The notes: generated by a model not told the origin, from the letters alone. A stretch of 64,000 bases of DNA from a virus (IMGVR_UViG_3300033121_000983:1-64000); one strand, 5' to 3'; counted from the first letter of the stretch, positions 1 to 9,703 are shown. Numbers and translations are program-made.

Positions 1-606
1 AAATTCACGCAGCTGCGTGAGTGCGCCAATCGAACCGCGCATCGCTGTCGTCATGTTACCGAAGTAAACCATGACGCAAGTTGTAGCCTGCAGACGCTGC
101 CCGTCGGTCACCAACGGCCATTCGCTGTCCCACCGCACATAGGTGGCGCCGACAGTGACAGGCTCGCGGCGTAAGCGTAACTCAGCCGCTTCGTACACGT
201 CACGGCGCGTGCAGACGACGTGCGAGTAGTGCCGCGGCCACGCCGGGAATGCGGCAAAATTGTCGGGAGTCAGAACCAATGTGTGACGTTGCGACGGCGC
301 AAGCTCGCGCAGCAGCTGTAGCCGGCGCGGATTAACGTCAAACCAAATGACGTTTTCCGGCTTAGTCTCCAGGCGGTGTAGCGTGATCGCACGCGAACTG
401 CGGCTGTAAGGCGCCGAGGGCGTTGGTCGAATCACGTCGCGATCGACCATGAAGTGCACGTCACGCACAGCGGCATCGGAAGTGACATATGCCACTTTGT
501 AGCCGATGCGCCGCAGAGTCTGCGCGAGTATGCACGCCGCATAGGTTTCGTCAGTAAACCCGTACGGACCATGAATCGTGACCGACTTCTTGCACAGCTG
601 CGGCAT
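1..606 (-). CDS. Partial CDS running off the window; possibly a GT-B glycosyltransferase-like N-terminus
   Basis: Manual translation from ATG 606 is open to base 1 (MPQLCKKSVTIHGPYGFTDETYAACILAQTLRRIGYKVAYV...). It starts 4 nt after the portal stop. The beta-Gly-helix 'LAQTLRRIGYKV' pattern resembles GT4 N-termini; the function call is weak. Confidence 0.5.
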   Translation of the reverse strand, partial: MPQLCKKSVTIHGPYGFTDETYAACILAQTLRRIGYKVAYVTSDAAVRDVHFMVDRDVIRPTPSAPYSRSSRAITLHRLETKPENVIWFDVNPRRLQLLRELAPSQRHTLVLTPDNFAAFPAWPRHYSHVVCTRRDVYEAAELRLRREPVTVGATYVRWDSEWPLVTDGQRLQATTCVMVYFGNMTTAMRGSIGALTQLREF

Positions 607-610
607 TTTG

Positions 611-2479
611 CTAGCCCATACCTCCGCTCTGCTGGCGCATCATCTCTCCACCAGCCATACGAGCCTGATTTCGTAGCTTTTCGAGCGCGTCTTTCGTCGC
701 GCGATGTAGCACTTCGTTCTTCTGCGCCAGTTGGCGCAGTTCGCTGTCTTTCTGCGCTTCTGGCATCTGCCAGAGCTGCTGCGCCAGCGACTGCGCTTGT
801 TGCTGGATTTCGACGGGGCTCACGGGGATGTTCGGATCCATCGCCGGCACGGCGCCTACACCACCAGCTGCGGCCTGGTTCGGGTCCTGCGGGGCGCCAC
901 CCTGCGGGGCACCCTGCTGCATCCCACCCTGCTGCATCCCGCCCATAAGCTGCCCGTTCGAGATCTGCTGACCGAACGCGGTCTGCTCCATCTCGCGCTG
1001 CATCTTTTCCTGCTGCCGCATTTCGTTCTGCGTTTCTTCCGTAATCTGCCGGCTCTCGGACCGCGCGTCGATGCCCAGCGTCTTGAAGAAGGTATCCTTC
1101 GAGACCTGCTGCTGCATCATGAGCTGCGCCATCATCATCGAGACGTTGAAGTCGTCGGCGTAAGTCACACGCTTCATTGACAGCCGCATGGCGTCCCAGT
1201 TGAAGCGTGATTCAAGCCGCTTTGCCAGCCAACGCAGGAATGCGTTATTGGCGTGCACGAGCGAGTAGTTATTCGCTTCGAACAGCCGTAGACCGACCAT
1301 AGCGGTCTCGAGCCGCAACGTGCCGCGGTAAAGCTCAACTGGCGTACCCGTCGCGTTTAACAACGACTCGGTCGCCTGGTCATAGAGTTCGTGCGGGATC
1401 AACTGCTGCGCGTCGCCGCCCAGCAGCATCGAGCGCATCGGAAATGGCACGAAGTTCCACGTGGCTGGGTCCAGCCGCTTGTTGCGGAACATGTTCGACA
1501 TCTGTACGACATTCATGCCCATGTTGGCGGACATGAACGGGTCTGTACTGCGGCCTCCGGTCATACCGCCACCGCCCGTGCGAACATCCGGACAGACGAT
1601 ACGCAGCGGTGTCACAAAGTCGACAGCGAAAGACTCGATCTGGCAGCGCAGCAGCTGCGTAAACCAGATCTCGCGGTAGTTGGCGAACACGCGGCTGATG
1701 CCCCAGCCGTTGTTACGAATGCCGCTGAGCGTCGGCTCTTTTTGGTGAAAGATCACGCCAGGCGCAAACTCGAACAACTTACAGTTATTGGCAACGGCGG
1801 AGATCAACTCCATGTTGGCGCCGCGCAACTCGTTCAGCGATCCCTTCAACAGTTTCTGACGGTAGTCCTGCGGAATACGCCAGTAGTAGGTGCTGTCGCC
1901 GCTGATCAGATCCGACGCGATTTCGATTTCCTTGGGGCTCCACAGCTTAAGTTTGCACTTAGCCGGGTCTTTCTCTGGGATATCGATGACGAACGCTGCG
2001 CCGCGTGTGTCGCACTTAGGGCAAGTCATGTGGAACTTGCACTCGGTAAAAGCGAACGCAAATGCAGAGTTGCGCCACACTTCTTCCAGCTTGTACTGCG
2101 TGCGACATTTTTTGCAGGACAGCAGTCGCGTAAACGGTTCGTACAGCGAAATGAAGCCGTTGCCATATGCGGCGACGTCGCGGTTTAACCCGCGAATGGC
2201 GTCCAACGTGTTCAGGTCCTCGCGCAATAGCCGCAGTCGACTTTCGCGGTCATCGTCGCCGAGGCTCGTACGGTCGGTATCGACCGCGTTGATTTCGATA
2301 TCGGTCAGGAAGTAGCTAATCCGACGTTCCTGTGCTTCGCGGAACGTCGGATGCTGCATGTAGATGTACTCAGACCACGCGAGCGCGTCACGATGCCCAG
2401 CCGGCATAGCTGCCGTCGCCAGGTCTAACCAAGGCGAGGGTAGGTTGCGGAAGCTTCGTCCTGAACTTGTGAGCTGCAT
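611..2479 (-). CDS. Putative portal protein with Zn-ribbon insertion and Gln/Gly-rich C-terminus
   Basis: ~620 aa; portal-like 'DVAAYGNGFI', 'WSPKEIEI' and 'HQKEPTLSG..GWGIS'; two CxxC motifs; ATG 2479 is preceded by GGTGGAAG. Confidence 0.65.
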   Translation of the reverse strand: MQLTSSGRSFRNLPSPWLDLATAAMPAGHRDALAWSEYIYMQHPTFREAQERRISYFLTDIEINAVDTDRTSLGDDDRESRLRLLREDLNTLDAIRGLNRDVAAYGNGFISLYEPFTRLLSCKKCRTQYKLEEVWRNSAFAFAFTECKFHMTCPKCDTRGAAFVIDIPEKDPAKCKLKLWSPKEIEIASDLISGDSTYYWRIPQDYRQKLLKGSLNELRGANMELISAVANNCKLFEFAPGVIFHQKEPTLSGIRNNGWGISRVFANYREIWFTQLLRCQIESFAVDFVTPLRIVCPDVRTGGGGMTGGRSTDPFMSANMGMNVVQMSNMFRNKRLDPATWNFVPFPMRSMLLGGDAQQLIPHELYDQATESLLNATGTPVELYRGTLRLETAMVGLRLFEANNYSLVHANNAFLRWLAKRLESRFNWDAMRLSMKRVTYADDFNVSMMMAQLMMQQQVSKDTFFKTLGIDARSESRQITEETQNEMRQQEKMQREMEQTAFGQQISNGQLMGGMQQGGMQQGAPQGGAPQDPNQAAAGGVGAVPAMDPNIPVSPVEIQQQAQSLAQQLWQMPEAQKDSELRQLAQKNEVLHRATKDALEKLRNQARMAGGEMMRQQSGGMG

Positions 2480-2568
2480 AGCGCGCACTTCCACCTAGCT
2501 ATTGACGACCACAATCACGCGACGATCATCGCAAATTATGGCCGACAAAACTACTTGACTTTTGGTAG

Positions 2569-3432
2569 TTACGCGTCAATCGGCTGCAAGCCAACGACAA
2601 GCAAGTTCACGATCCGGACACAGCCAAGCTGCGTGTTGAGCTCCGGGTGCACAAGACAGACGTACTGCTTTTCGAGCGCATCGACCGTAACCGTGATCGG
2701 CGCTTCATCTTGACCAGCAAGCTGTGTTGCCGGCGGCACGAAATCTTCGTCGTCGTACCGCGTGTCGTAACAAAGTGAGAGCAGCGTACCGGCGAACATC
2801 GCATGGTGGTAGCGCTTGCGATGTACACCGCCGGGGCCAAGATTAAACGTCACCCGCTGTTGCGGTTTTGACGGCACCGTCGTGAGGAAGTCGAGGCCAC
2901 ACTCGTGCGTACGCGCGTACTGCGCGGACGCGTCCACGGCTTGGGGCATCTGCATCGGCATCTGTGCCGGCATCGGCGGCGGTACAGCGCCTAGCGCGGC
3001 CAACGCGGCTGCGATGGTGTCGATGGACAACTGAGGCGCCGCGGGTGGCGGCGCCATCTGATATGCTGCCGGCCCTGGCGCGCTAGGCGCAACAAAACCA
3101 CCGCCAGTCTGTGCGTGCATAATTTGTCGCCTGAATTCGGCCGCGGACATTTCCTGTTCACCGTGACCGTCGCTGTTGTTCGGGTTAATCACCACGCGAA
3201 TCTGTGAAGGATTGTGATCCAGCGGGACGCCGTCGGCGTCGGAAGCCGCTGTACGTAGCGAGCCATTAACGATCGCCCGTGTCGGCGGATCCACGAACTG
3301 AATTTCACTGGTAGAGGCGGCGCCAGACTGCAGTGAGTTCAGCAGTTGCTGTGGGTCCGTAGGTGCAGCCACGTATGCCTGCGGCGTCATGAACAGCGCG
3401 CCGCTTACAACGCCTGGGAGAGGTTCGCTCAC
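2569..3432 (-). CDS. Hypothetical protein with Pro/Ala-rich linker
   Basis: GTG start preceded by AGGAG; co-oriented with neighbours. Confidence 0.75.
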   Translation of the reverse strand: MSEPLPGVVSGALFMTPQAYVAAPTDPQQLLNSLQSGAASTSEIQFVDPPTRAIVNGSLRTAASDADGVPLDHNPSQIRVVINPNNSDGHGEQEMSAAEFRRQIMHAQTGGGFVAPSAPGPAAYQMAPPPAAPQLSIDTIAAALAALGAVPPPMPAQMPMQMPQAVDASAQYARTHECGLDFLTTVPSKPQQRVTFNLGPGGVHRKRYHHAMFAGTLLSLCYDTRYDDEDFVPPATQLAGQDEAPITVTVDALEKQYVCLVHPELNTQLGCVRIVNLLVVGLQPIDA

Positions 3433-3472
3433 AGTTAACTCCTGCCGCCCGCCCAAAGCGGGTGTGATAGCT

Positions 3473-3504
3473 AAAAAACGGCGGCCGGCGTACGCCGGCC
3501 GCCG
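3473..3504 (-). terminator. Intrinsic terminator
   Basis: Perfect 26-bp palindrome CGGCGGCCGGCGTACGCCGGCCGCCG followed by T6 on the - strand. Confidence 0.8.
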
Positions 3505-3524
3505 CTATACTGCGCTAACCGACG

Positions 3525-5180
3525 TTAGTCCAACCGAACCTGCACAGGCCCCACGCCGCGTACCAGCGAAGACCCTGGCGACACCACCATCGGTGATGCC
3601 AACCAATTGCGGACGTTGCTAGCGTAACGCCGCGCACCCGCAAAATCCAGCGCCAGGTACTCGTAGTCGACACCTGCGGACAACCAACCGTAGGGCACGT
3701 AAGTGCCGCCGTCGCGACACAGGCAGCGGTACGTGAAGAAATCCCGGCAGATTTGCGACAGGTGAATGCCGCAGAACGACGTCAGCGCCGACCAGTCTTG
3801 GACGACCCGATCACCCCACGTCGCCACCACGCGACCAGCCGTAACCGCGTCACCCGGCGCGCACTGCATGAACGGCGCACAAACTGACGGCACGGTGAAC
3901 GTGGTGCCGGCAACCGAGTAACGATTGAACCACGGCTGCTGCTCAACGAGCAGCAGTTCGCCGGTACGGGGTGCACGGATAGCGAAATCACCGTCAGGGC
4001 CCACTGCCGAAAGGAGTGCGGCCTGAAACGCCGGGCGTGACATCAGCAGATTATCCGGGTCCGTAACGTACAGGTCAGACGCGTCCTGCGACAGCGCCGC
4101 GACCATCGCGGGAACCGGCAGCGGCAAAGCTGGGGCGCTTTCCCGACCAGACCGCAACTCCACCAACTGCTGGAGCCAGTGCGTCATTACCTCCAGCAGC
4201 ATCGGCCGACTTGCGTCGAGACGACGCGCGTCCGGCACCCGCCGCGAAAGCACGCGCCGGTCGTAAACGGCCACGAGCACCGTATTGCGCGGCGCTGAGA
4301 ACAGCACCGCACCGTCGCGTACGTGCTGTCCGGTCTGCGCGCAGATTGTCGCCTGCGTAGCGTCTTTGATCACGTAGATCAGCTGCCCATCCACGTAAAG
4401 TTCGCGCAGGTTGTTCTCCGCGTAGATGGTGAGCTTGCCGTAGCGCGGCGTACTGAATTCCGTGGGGATCGGTTCAGTCGCTGGCTGGTGCACGTAGATT
4501 GGCGTCAACGCCGCCCCGGCTTCCGGCGAGTAGCGGTACGTGTACTGCGGCTTGTCGCGCTCATGGCGCGGCCAAACGCGCCCGAACTCAACGCACTCGT
4601 CGGTCACGAACGGCATGCTTTCGCTGAGCGTCAGCACGCCGTCCGACTCGCAACGCAGCGTCAAGCAGCGTACCGAGTCCACCGGAACCGGCACATCCGC
4701 CAGGAAGCCTGCGTGCCGGTCATGTGCCACGGTACCAGGGGACAAGGTCTGCGGAAGGTTCACTGACCACCAGCCCATGCCCAATAAGGGGGCCTGCGCG
4801 GTCTGATGCGACAGCTGCTTGTAGGCGTGCAAAGCGTCGTTGAACGCCGCCACGCCATCGCAGGCCACACCCGACGTGGGTTCGTACGTCACCCAGCCGC
4901 GACGCGGTTCACGTTGCTCACGCAGCTTCGGCTTGGATGGCTTTCGCGGCTGCGGCGGCTGCACGCGAGCAGCCGGCGGTGGCTGCGGCACGGGTAGTGC
5001 TGCGATCTCGCTGCCAACCGCCGGCTGCTGAGTCAGCGCACGCTTGCGCCGCTTGCGTGCGCGATTACCGCGCGGATGCTCTGGATTCACTGGCGTCACG
5101 CCGACCGAGCTTTCCACAACTGCCGTCACTGCGGCCGCAGTGACAACAGCCAGTTGACCCGGTTCTTGAATTGCCGACAT
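3525..5180 (-). CDS. Hypothetical protein with two sandwich-barrel-hybrid (RNAP beta'-like) repeats
   Basis: 'ICAQTGQHVRDGAVLF' and 'FTVPSVCAPFMQCAPGDAVTAGRVVATW' fit the GxxVxxGxxLxxW SBHM pattern; basic N-terminus. Confidence 0.55.
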   Translation of the reverse strand: MSAIQEPGQLAVVTAAAVTAVVESSVGVTPVNPEHPRGNRARKRRKRALTQQPAVGSEIAALPVPQPPPAARVQPPQPRKPSKPKLREQREPRRGWVTYEPTSGVACDGVAAFNDALHAYKQLSHQTAQAPLLGMGWWSVNLPQTLSPGTVAHDRHAGFLADVPVPVDSVRCLTLRCESDGVLTLSESMPFVTDECVEFGRVWPRHERDKPQYTYRYSPEAGAALTPIYVHQPATEPIPTEFSTPRYGKLTIYAENNLRELYVDGQLIYVIKDATQATICAQTGQHVRDGAVLFSAPRNTVLVAVYDRRVLSRRVPDARRLDASRPMLLEVMTHWLQQLVELRSGRESAPALPLPVPAMVAALSQDASDLYVTDPDNLLMSRPAFQAALLSAVGPDGDFAIRAPRTGELLLVEQQPWFNRYSVAGTTFTVPSVCAPFMQCAPGDAVTAGRVVATWGDRVVQDWSALTSFCGIHLSQICRDFFTYRCLCRDGGTYVPYGWLSAGVDYEYLALDFAGARRYASNVRNWLASPMVVSPGSSLVRGVGPVQVRLD

Positions 5181-5253
5181 GGTGATCCCCTGCGCGACGC
5201 CAGCATGTTCTACGTAGCCGCAACGCGGCAACTCGAATGGGCTGCCGTCGCTG

Positions 5254-5445
5254 TTACTTTGGTTTATCGTTAATCGAAACTGTCACCTGAGCCTGGTATG
5301 CCGCTAGCGACATTTTAACCCAGGTCGGCGCGCAATTATGCGCGCGCGTTTTCACTAAGATCTGCTCTTCAGATCCAGACGGTGGGGCTTTCTTCGTACG
5401 AAGAATCTCCACCGTGTCCGTGCCGCATTGCATAAATCGTTTCAC
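5254..5445 (-). CDS. Small hypothetical protein
   Basis: 63-aa ORF filling a gap; start codon uncertain. Confidence 0.3.
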   Translation of the reverse strand: MKRFMQCGTDTVEILRTKKAPPSGSEEQILVKTRAHNCAPTWVKMSLAAYQAQVTVSINDKPK

Positions 5446-5479
5446 GTGTTGTTCATGTAGACATCTCCTTTGCGCCCTG

Positions 5480-5580
5480 GAAACGAGAAGACGCCGGGAA
5501 CCATTCCCGACGTCTTAAGCAACCCCGCGTGCACACTCACGCGGCCATGTGGCTAGCTCCGCCTAGTTGCGGGCTAAAAC
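5480..5580 (-). ncRNA. Candidate ~100-nt sRNA or structured leader
   Basis: Three hairpins (5554-5576, 5525-5544, 5488-5516). The last is terminator-like, with a G.U pair only on the - strand. It lies directly downstream of a repeated promoter-like motif. Confidence 0.35.
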
Positions 5581-5582
5581 CG

Positions 5583-5617
5583 TACGATATTTATGACGCA
5601 AATTGTCCGCCAATTTA
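5583..5617 (-). promoter_or_regulatory. Bipartite promoter-like motif TAAATT-N16-CATAA-NAT-N2-GTA (copy 1)
   Basis: Same elements and spacing as 45194-45228; overlaps only the upstream stop codon. Confidence 0.5.
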
Positions 5618-6112
5618 TGCGTCGTCGTCCTCCTCACCGTCATCGTCGTCGTCGACGAACTCGAGCTCCTCCGCGCCTTCCGTCTCTTCGTCGCTCCATG
5701 CGGTACCGGCGTAATCAGTCGGACTCACGCGTAACGTGTCGACAGGTGGGCGTAGGCGGTACACGCTACCGTTGGGATGGATTACGCTGCGCGGCCACTC
5801 AGCGGTGAGCAGCGCGCGTACGCCGTAGAACACGTAGAGCCAGCACTCTGTCCCATCTCGTTCTGCCAGCAAGGCCCTGGCCTCGGCAAACGTACGGCGT
5901 TCGTGCAGCTGCGGTACGCCGTCTGCCGGGACTTCTAGTACGTACCAACGGCGCACTTTCTTAACACGCGCACAGCCGTAATGCTGCACGGTTGCGGCCG
6001 CGGACGGCGACAGCGTTTCCAGAAACTGACGATACGGATCGGCGGCGTCGCGCACAGTACGCGCGATTGCACGCCGGCGCTTACGCTCGGACGACTGCGG
6101 GTGGTCTGCCAC
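5615..6112 (-). CDS. Hypothetical protein with acidic tail
   Basis: GTG start with AGGAG RBS; operon-like packing. Confidence 0.7.
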   Translation of the reverse strand: MADHPQSSERKRRRAIARTVRDAADPYRQFLETLSPSAAATVQHYGCARVKKVRRWYVLEVPADGVPQLHERRTFAEARALLAERDGTECWLYVFYGVRALLTAEWPRSVIHPNGSVYRLRPPVDTLRVSPTDYAGTAWSDEETEGAEELEFVDDDDDGEEDDDA

Positions 6113-6126
6113 GTCGCTGCTCCTAC

Positions 6127-6408
6127 TTACTCGGCGGCGTTTGTGCCGTTCAGTGCGACCAGGCGCAACGCGCCTTTGGTGTTCGACTGCAGCAGATAGC
6201 GGGTGATTGTGCCGTCCGCAGCCGTCCGCTCGATGTAGAGCAGTGTCTGCGCTACATGTGCTAACGCTGGTACGAATTCCACGTGCTGCGGTTGCTCCAG
6301 CGTGTCGCCGTCTTTAGTCAAGACAGTTGTATCGCCGCCGAACCCCTGGATCGGGAAACGGTAGCACAATTTATCGCCCGGTGCTTCTGACGCCTTGTCG
6401 TTACCCAT
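6127..6408 (-). CDS. Hypothetical protein
   Basis: ATG 6408 after AAGGAG; overlaps the upstream stop. Confidence 0.7.
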   Translation of the reverse strand: MGNDKASEAPGDKLCYRFPIQGFGGDTTVLTKDGDTLEQPQHVEFVPALAHVAQTLLYIERTAADGTITRYLLQSNTKGALRLVALNGTNAAE

Positions 6409-7183
6409 GTTGCTCTCCTTCGTTTTGACTCTGCTCGGCCTGCGGCAGTTTGTCCAGGAAATCCTGCCGAGCCTCACTCATTAGATCCTGCAACCACGGC
6501 GCCGTTACGGCGCGATTATATCGCTGCTCGTCTGGCGTTACACCTGTTGTGTTCTCGACAGCGCGTTCGACGGCTGCATACGGGTTATCGCGCTCGGCCA
6601 ACCAAGCGGCAGCGAACAGCTGCGTATCTGCGTATGTGCGCGCTTCCGCGAAGAACGTACGCCCGCGTAAATAAGCAGTGAACTGTGTGGCTTCGACACA
6701 CAGCACGTGAATCGGAACCTGCGGCCAACCGCGCTCAGGCAGGTGCGTAGCGCGAGCCGCTACTAACGCGTCATCTACGGTAGCGGCCTGCCAGCGCGTG
6801 CGGTAGAAACTACCCGTCGCGGCATCCGAGAACGCAGCACGTCCGAAGAACTGATAGAAATCGTTCCAAGCCGCGCGGGGTACCAATCCGATGCGATGGT
6901 TCCAGCTGGTGTGGGGCCCTGTCAGACCGTCGAAAAGCGGCAACGGAGAGACTAGCCACGACAGCGTAACCGGCTGCGCAGTCATTGCGACGTAGTCGGC
7001 CAGCGGATCGCGCATACCCAGCGGAACCAAGGCGTACAACAGCGCAGGCGTGAATAACGCGTATTCGTCCGTCAGCCGCGCAAGTGTCTGTGCGGACGAT
7101 ACGCGCTGCTCGACCGGCGACGGCGCCGACGCTAGCGACAATTTGTCTTGGACGATGCCAGCATCGCGAATGCGTGTGTCCAT
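6401..7183 (-). CDS. Hypothetical protein
   Basis: 260-aa ORF in a co-oriented array. Confidence 0.75.
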   Translation of the reverse strand: MDTRIRDAGIVQDKLSLASAPSPVEQRVSSAQTLARLTDEYALFTPALLYALVPLGMRDPLADYVAMTAQPVTLSWLVSPLPLFDGLTGPHTSWNHRIGLVPRAAWNDFYQFFGRAAFSDAATGSFYRTRWQAATVDDALVAARATHLPERGWPQVPIHVLCVEATQFTAYLRGRTFFAEARTYADTQLFAAAWLAERDNPYAAVERAVENTTGVTPDEQRYNRAVTAPWLQDLMSEARQDFLDKLPQAEQSQNEGEQHG

Positions 7184-7204
7184 CTACCTAATCCGCTGAA
7201 GGCT

Positions 7205-7238
7205 AAAAACTAGCGGTGCCCAATGTGGGCACCGCTAG
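7205..7238 (-). terminator. Intrinsic terminator
   Basis: 13-bp stem CTAGCGGTGCCCA/TGGGCACCGCTAG plus T5 on the - strand. Confidence 0.8.
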
Positions 7239-7243
7239 CGTGA

Positions 7244-7942
7244 CTATGGTTGCGTTGTCGGAGCAACTGCTTTTTTGCGTTTGCTCGCGCGCGCTTCCTG
7301 ATTTTTCATGCGCGGTTCCGCTGCCAGCGGAGCCAGGCCGTAGCGTGTCATCAGTTCGATCGTCAATCGCACGTCTGCCTGCGGATCTGCGCCGATATCT
7401 ACCGGCGTAAGTCCGGAGAACTTGCAGAAGCTCGCGAACGGGAACGCTTCCCGGCGATCAGACTCGACCAACATCTCGTAAGGCGAGTAACACTCGCCGT
7501 TTCCATACCACAGCGACAACGGGACTGGCACACCGCAACGTGCACAGTCGGGACCAATCGCGCTGATAACATCAGCAGCGTTCAGTCCGTAGAACACGGC
7601 CGGCAGCGGCTGTCCGCTACGCGGGTAATCTGGGTACTGCAACCCCTGGTCGTTAATCAGCCAGCTCGTCAGCGCCACGACCGGAGGGACCTCCGATTCG
7701 GCAACATCCGCGCTGAACGTGGCCCGCGTAGTCAAGTTGACCGCGTAGATGCGCTCCAGCGTAGTCATCAAGCGCATCGTCGCGACTTTCTGACGCGCGA
7801 GAATAGCGTACTCGGCCATTGACTCCTGGATCTTTGCCGTGTCTTTGTACCGGCGATCGTAACCTGAAATCACCAGCGGGGTCAGGTCTTCGCTCGACAC
7901 GAGCTGACCCAACTCGGCGCCGATGGCGATAATGTGCTTCAC
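7244..7942 (-). CDS. Hypothetical protein, possibly a degenerate 3'-5' exonuclease fold
   Basis: GTG start with GAGGAGG. 'AVFYGLNAADV' and 'DPQADVRLT' echo ExoII/III, but the ExoI acidic residues are absent. Confidence 0.55.
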   Translation of the reverse strand: MKHIIAIGAELGQLVSSEDLTPLVISGYDRRYKDTAKIQESMAEYAILARQKVATMRLMTTLERIYAVNLTTRATFSADVAESEVPPVVALTSWLINDQGLQYPDYPRSGQPLPAVFYGLNAADVISAIGPDCARCGVPVPLSLWYGNGECYSPYEMLVESDRREAFPFASFCKFSGLTPVDIGADPQADVRLTIELMTRYGLAPLAAEPRMKNQEARASKRKKAVAPTTQP

Positions 7943-7952
7943 TGTGCCTCCT

Positions 7953-9140
7953 CTATACATGCAACTGCGGATCACTGTAGGCGCGTGGTTCAAGTTCCAG
8001 CGCCGTTTGTTCTGTCTCGTACGGCAGGAAGCGTGCGTGCAGCGCCATGTGGTGCGCTTCGCCGTGCGCGTACACTTGCTCGGCGCGGTAATACGTCGCC
8101 GAGCGCCCTGCGCCGAGAATGAATTTCTTCATGTAGGCCTGCGCGGCTTCAGCTTCAGCTGGGCCAGTCACGCAGACCACGATCACTGCGCCACGCTGCT
8201 GCGCCAGTCGCAACAGCGCGCGCAGCTGCTCGTGATGCGGCAGCGCCTGACTTGCGTCAGGCACCGCGCGCATCGCTGCGTAATTTTCCAGCACCACGGC
8301 ATCGTACGCTTTACCGTGCAGCCGCGAAGCAGCTGCATCGATAACGCGCGCAAGCCCGGCGCCTGTGTTAATCTTGGTCCATGCGTTTGCAGGTACAATT
8401 GCCAACTTACCGTCGTGCGCCCGTACCGCACTGTAATCATCGCCGAGCAGCGCATCACGCGTGCGCAGGAACACCGTGCGCGCTTCGCCCGTGTAACGTA
8501 ACCACGTATTCACGCATGCGTACGCCAGAGCCGTTGTCGTTGCATCGCAGTCGCCCGCGAGCACAACAACGCTGCCGCGCTCTACCAACGTACTTAGCGT
8601 AGACAGAGCGTCCGAGGATGTCGGCACGCTCATCGGTAACGGACGCTGCTGTTGCTGCTGTTGTCGTTCTTTAGCTTCGACAGCAGCTGCTGCAGCCTGC
8701 TGGTCGCGTTCCAGTTGCGTCTCTGCCGCGACGAACGGAAGCACCCAGCGCGTCACTCGATTCAGCAGCTCTTCACGGTCGAACGGCTTCATGCTGTCGG
8801 CCGCAACTGCTGCGCGCAGCACGTGCTCGACCACGCAACTTGGGTCGCCATCGGCGGCCACTCGCTGCGTTTCGTCAGACAGCACGGTTGCCGCATATGC
8901 GTGAAGCTGACGCGCGCAGATCATCGCGCCGAGGGCGGCACGCAACCGCCCGTTATCGGGCAGCGCTAGGAGCGCGTCGGCTTCTTTTGTAGCCCGTTCC
9001 CTTTCCGCGGTACTGTACTTGCCCTGCGGCCACTTGTCGGCGAAGACGCGCGGCGACTTGCGGGGACTTTCTTGACTGCTTTCCGACGCTTGCGCGGCGG
9101 TCGATCCATCGTGAGCTGTGCTTCCGGGCTGCGCGGCCAT
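7953..9140 (-). CDS. Protein with degenerate DnaB/RecA-fold C-terminal domain
   Basis: 'RGSVVVLAGDCDATTTAL' (Walker A lacking GK), 'DAVVLENY' (DY-like) and 'LLRLAQQRGAVIVV'. Confidence 0.55.
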   Translation of the reverse strand: MAAQPGSTAHDGSTAAQASESSQESPRKSPRVFADKWPQGKYSTAERERATKEADALLALPDNGRLRAALGAMICARQLHAYAATVLSDETQRVAADGDPSCVVEHVLRAAVAADSMKPFDREELLNRVTRWVLPFVAAETQLERDQQAAAAAVEAKERQQQQQQRPLPMSVPTSSDALSTLSTLVERGSVVVLAGDCDATTTALAYACVNTWLRYTGEARTVFLRTRDALLGDDYSAVRAHDGKLAIVPANAWTKINTGAGLARVIDAAASRLHGKAYDAVVLENYAAMRAVPDASQALPHHEQLRALLRLAQQRGAVIVVCVTGPAEAEAAQAYMKKFILGAGRSATYYRAEQVYAHGEAHHMALHARFLPYETEQTALELEPRAYSDPQLHV

Positions 9141-9703
9141 GTCCGTCGTCGCTCCAACATAATGTCCAGGTGTTGCAGCGCGTAGGTGGCGATCAATGCC
9201 GCCTCAGCCAGCGCTTCACTCTTCTTCAGCGAAAAATCGTAATGCGGGTACAACTTATGTGCGCGTCGAATTGACGCGGACTTTTCTTTGGCCGTGCCGA
9301 CCATGGCAGGACGCCACACACTCGGCACGACCAGCGCGGGTTTCACGCCGTTACCGGCGGCGACCACGCCCATCAGCACGGCTGCGCTTGCGTATCCAAA
9401 GGAAAATGCCTGCACAATTCCGTCACCGAACTTAGCGCCTACGGCTTCAACGACAAACAGAATGTCGTCGGCCGTGTCCACCTCACGGCGCAGCGAACGC
9501 AATAGCGTACGCAGCGCAATCAGGTCGATCGTCGGACGTCGGTCACGCACGCTAAGCGCACGATTGCGCTTTACAGCGGCCGGTACATGCGTTACCGGCA
9601 TGTACCAGCAGCGTAGTTCGTTCGTACGCGGGGCTAGCACGGCGATACCGCCTTTGCTGCCGGGGTCGATGCCGACGATCAATTTAACAGCGGGCGTTAC
9701 CAC
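8966..9703 (-). CDS. ruvC: RuvC-like Holliday junction resolvase
   Basis: 'IVGIDPGSKGGIA', 'VVEAV', 'FSFG', 'PSVWR', 'AEAALIA'; start approximate. Confidence 0.85.
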   Translation of the reverse strand: MVTPAVKLIVGIDPGSKGGIAVLAPRTNELRCWYMPVTHVPAAVKRNRALSVRDRRPTIDLIALRTLLRSLRREVDTADDILFVVEAVGAKFGDGIVQAFSFGYASAAVLMGVVAAGNGVKPALVVPSVWRPAMVGTAKEKSASIRRAHKLYPHYDFSLKKSEALAEAALIATYALQHLDIMLERRRTWPRSPEAQLTMDRPPRKRRKAVKKVPASRRASSPTSGRRASTVPRKGNGLQKKPTRS

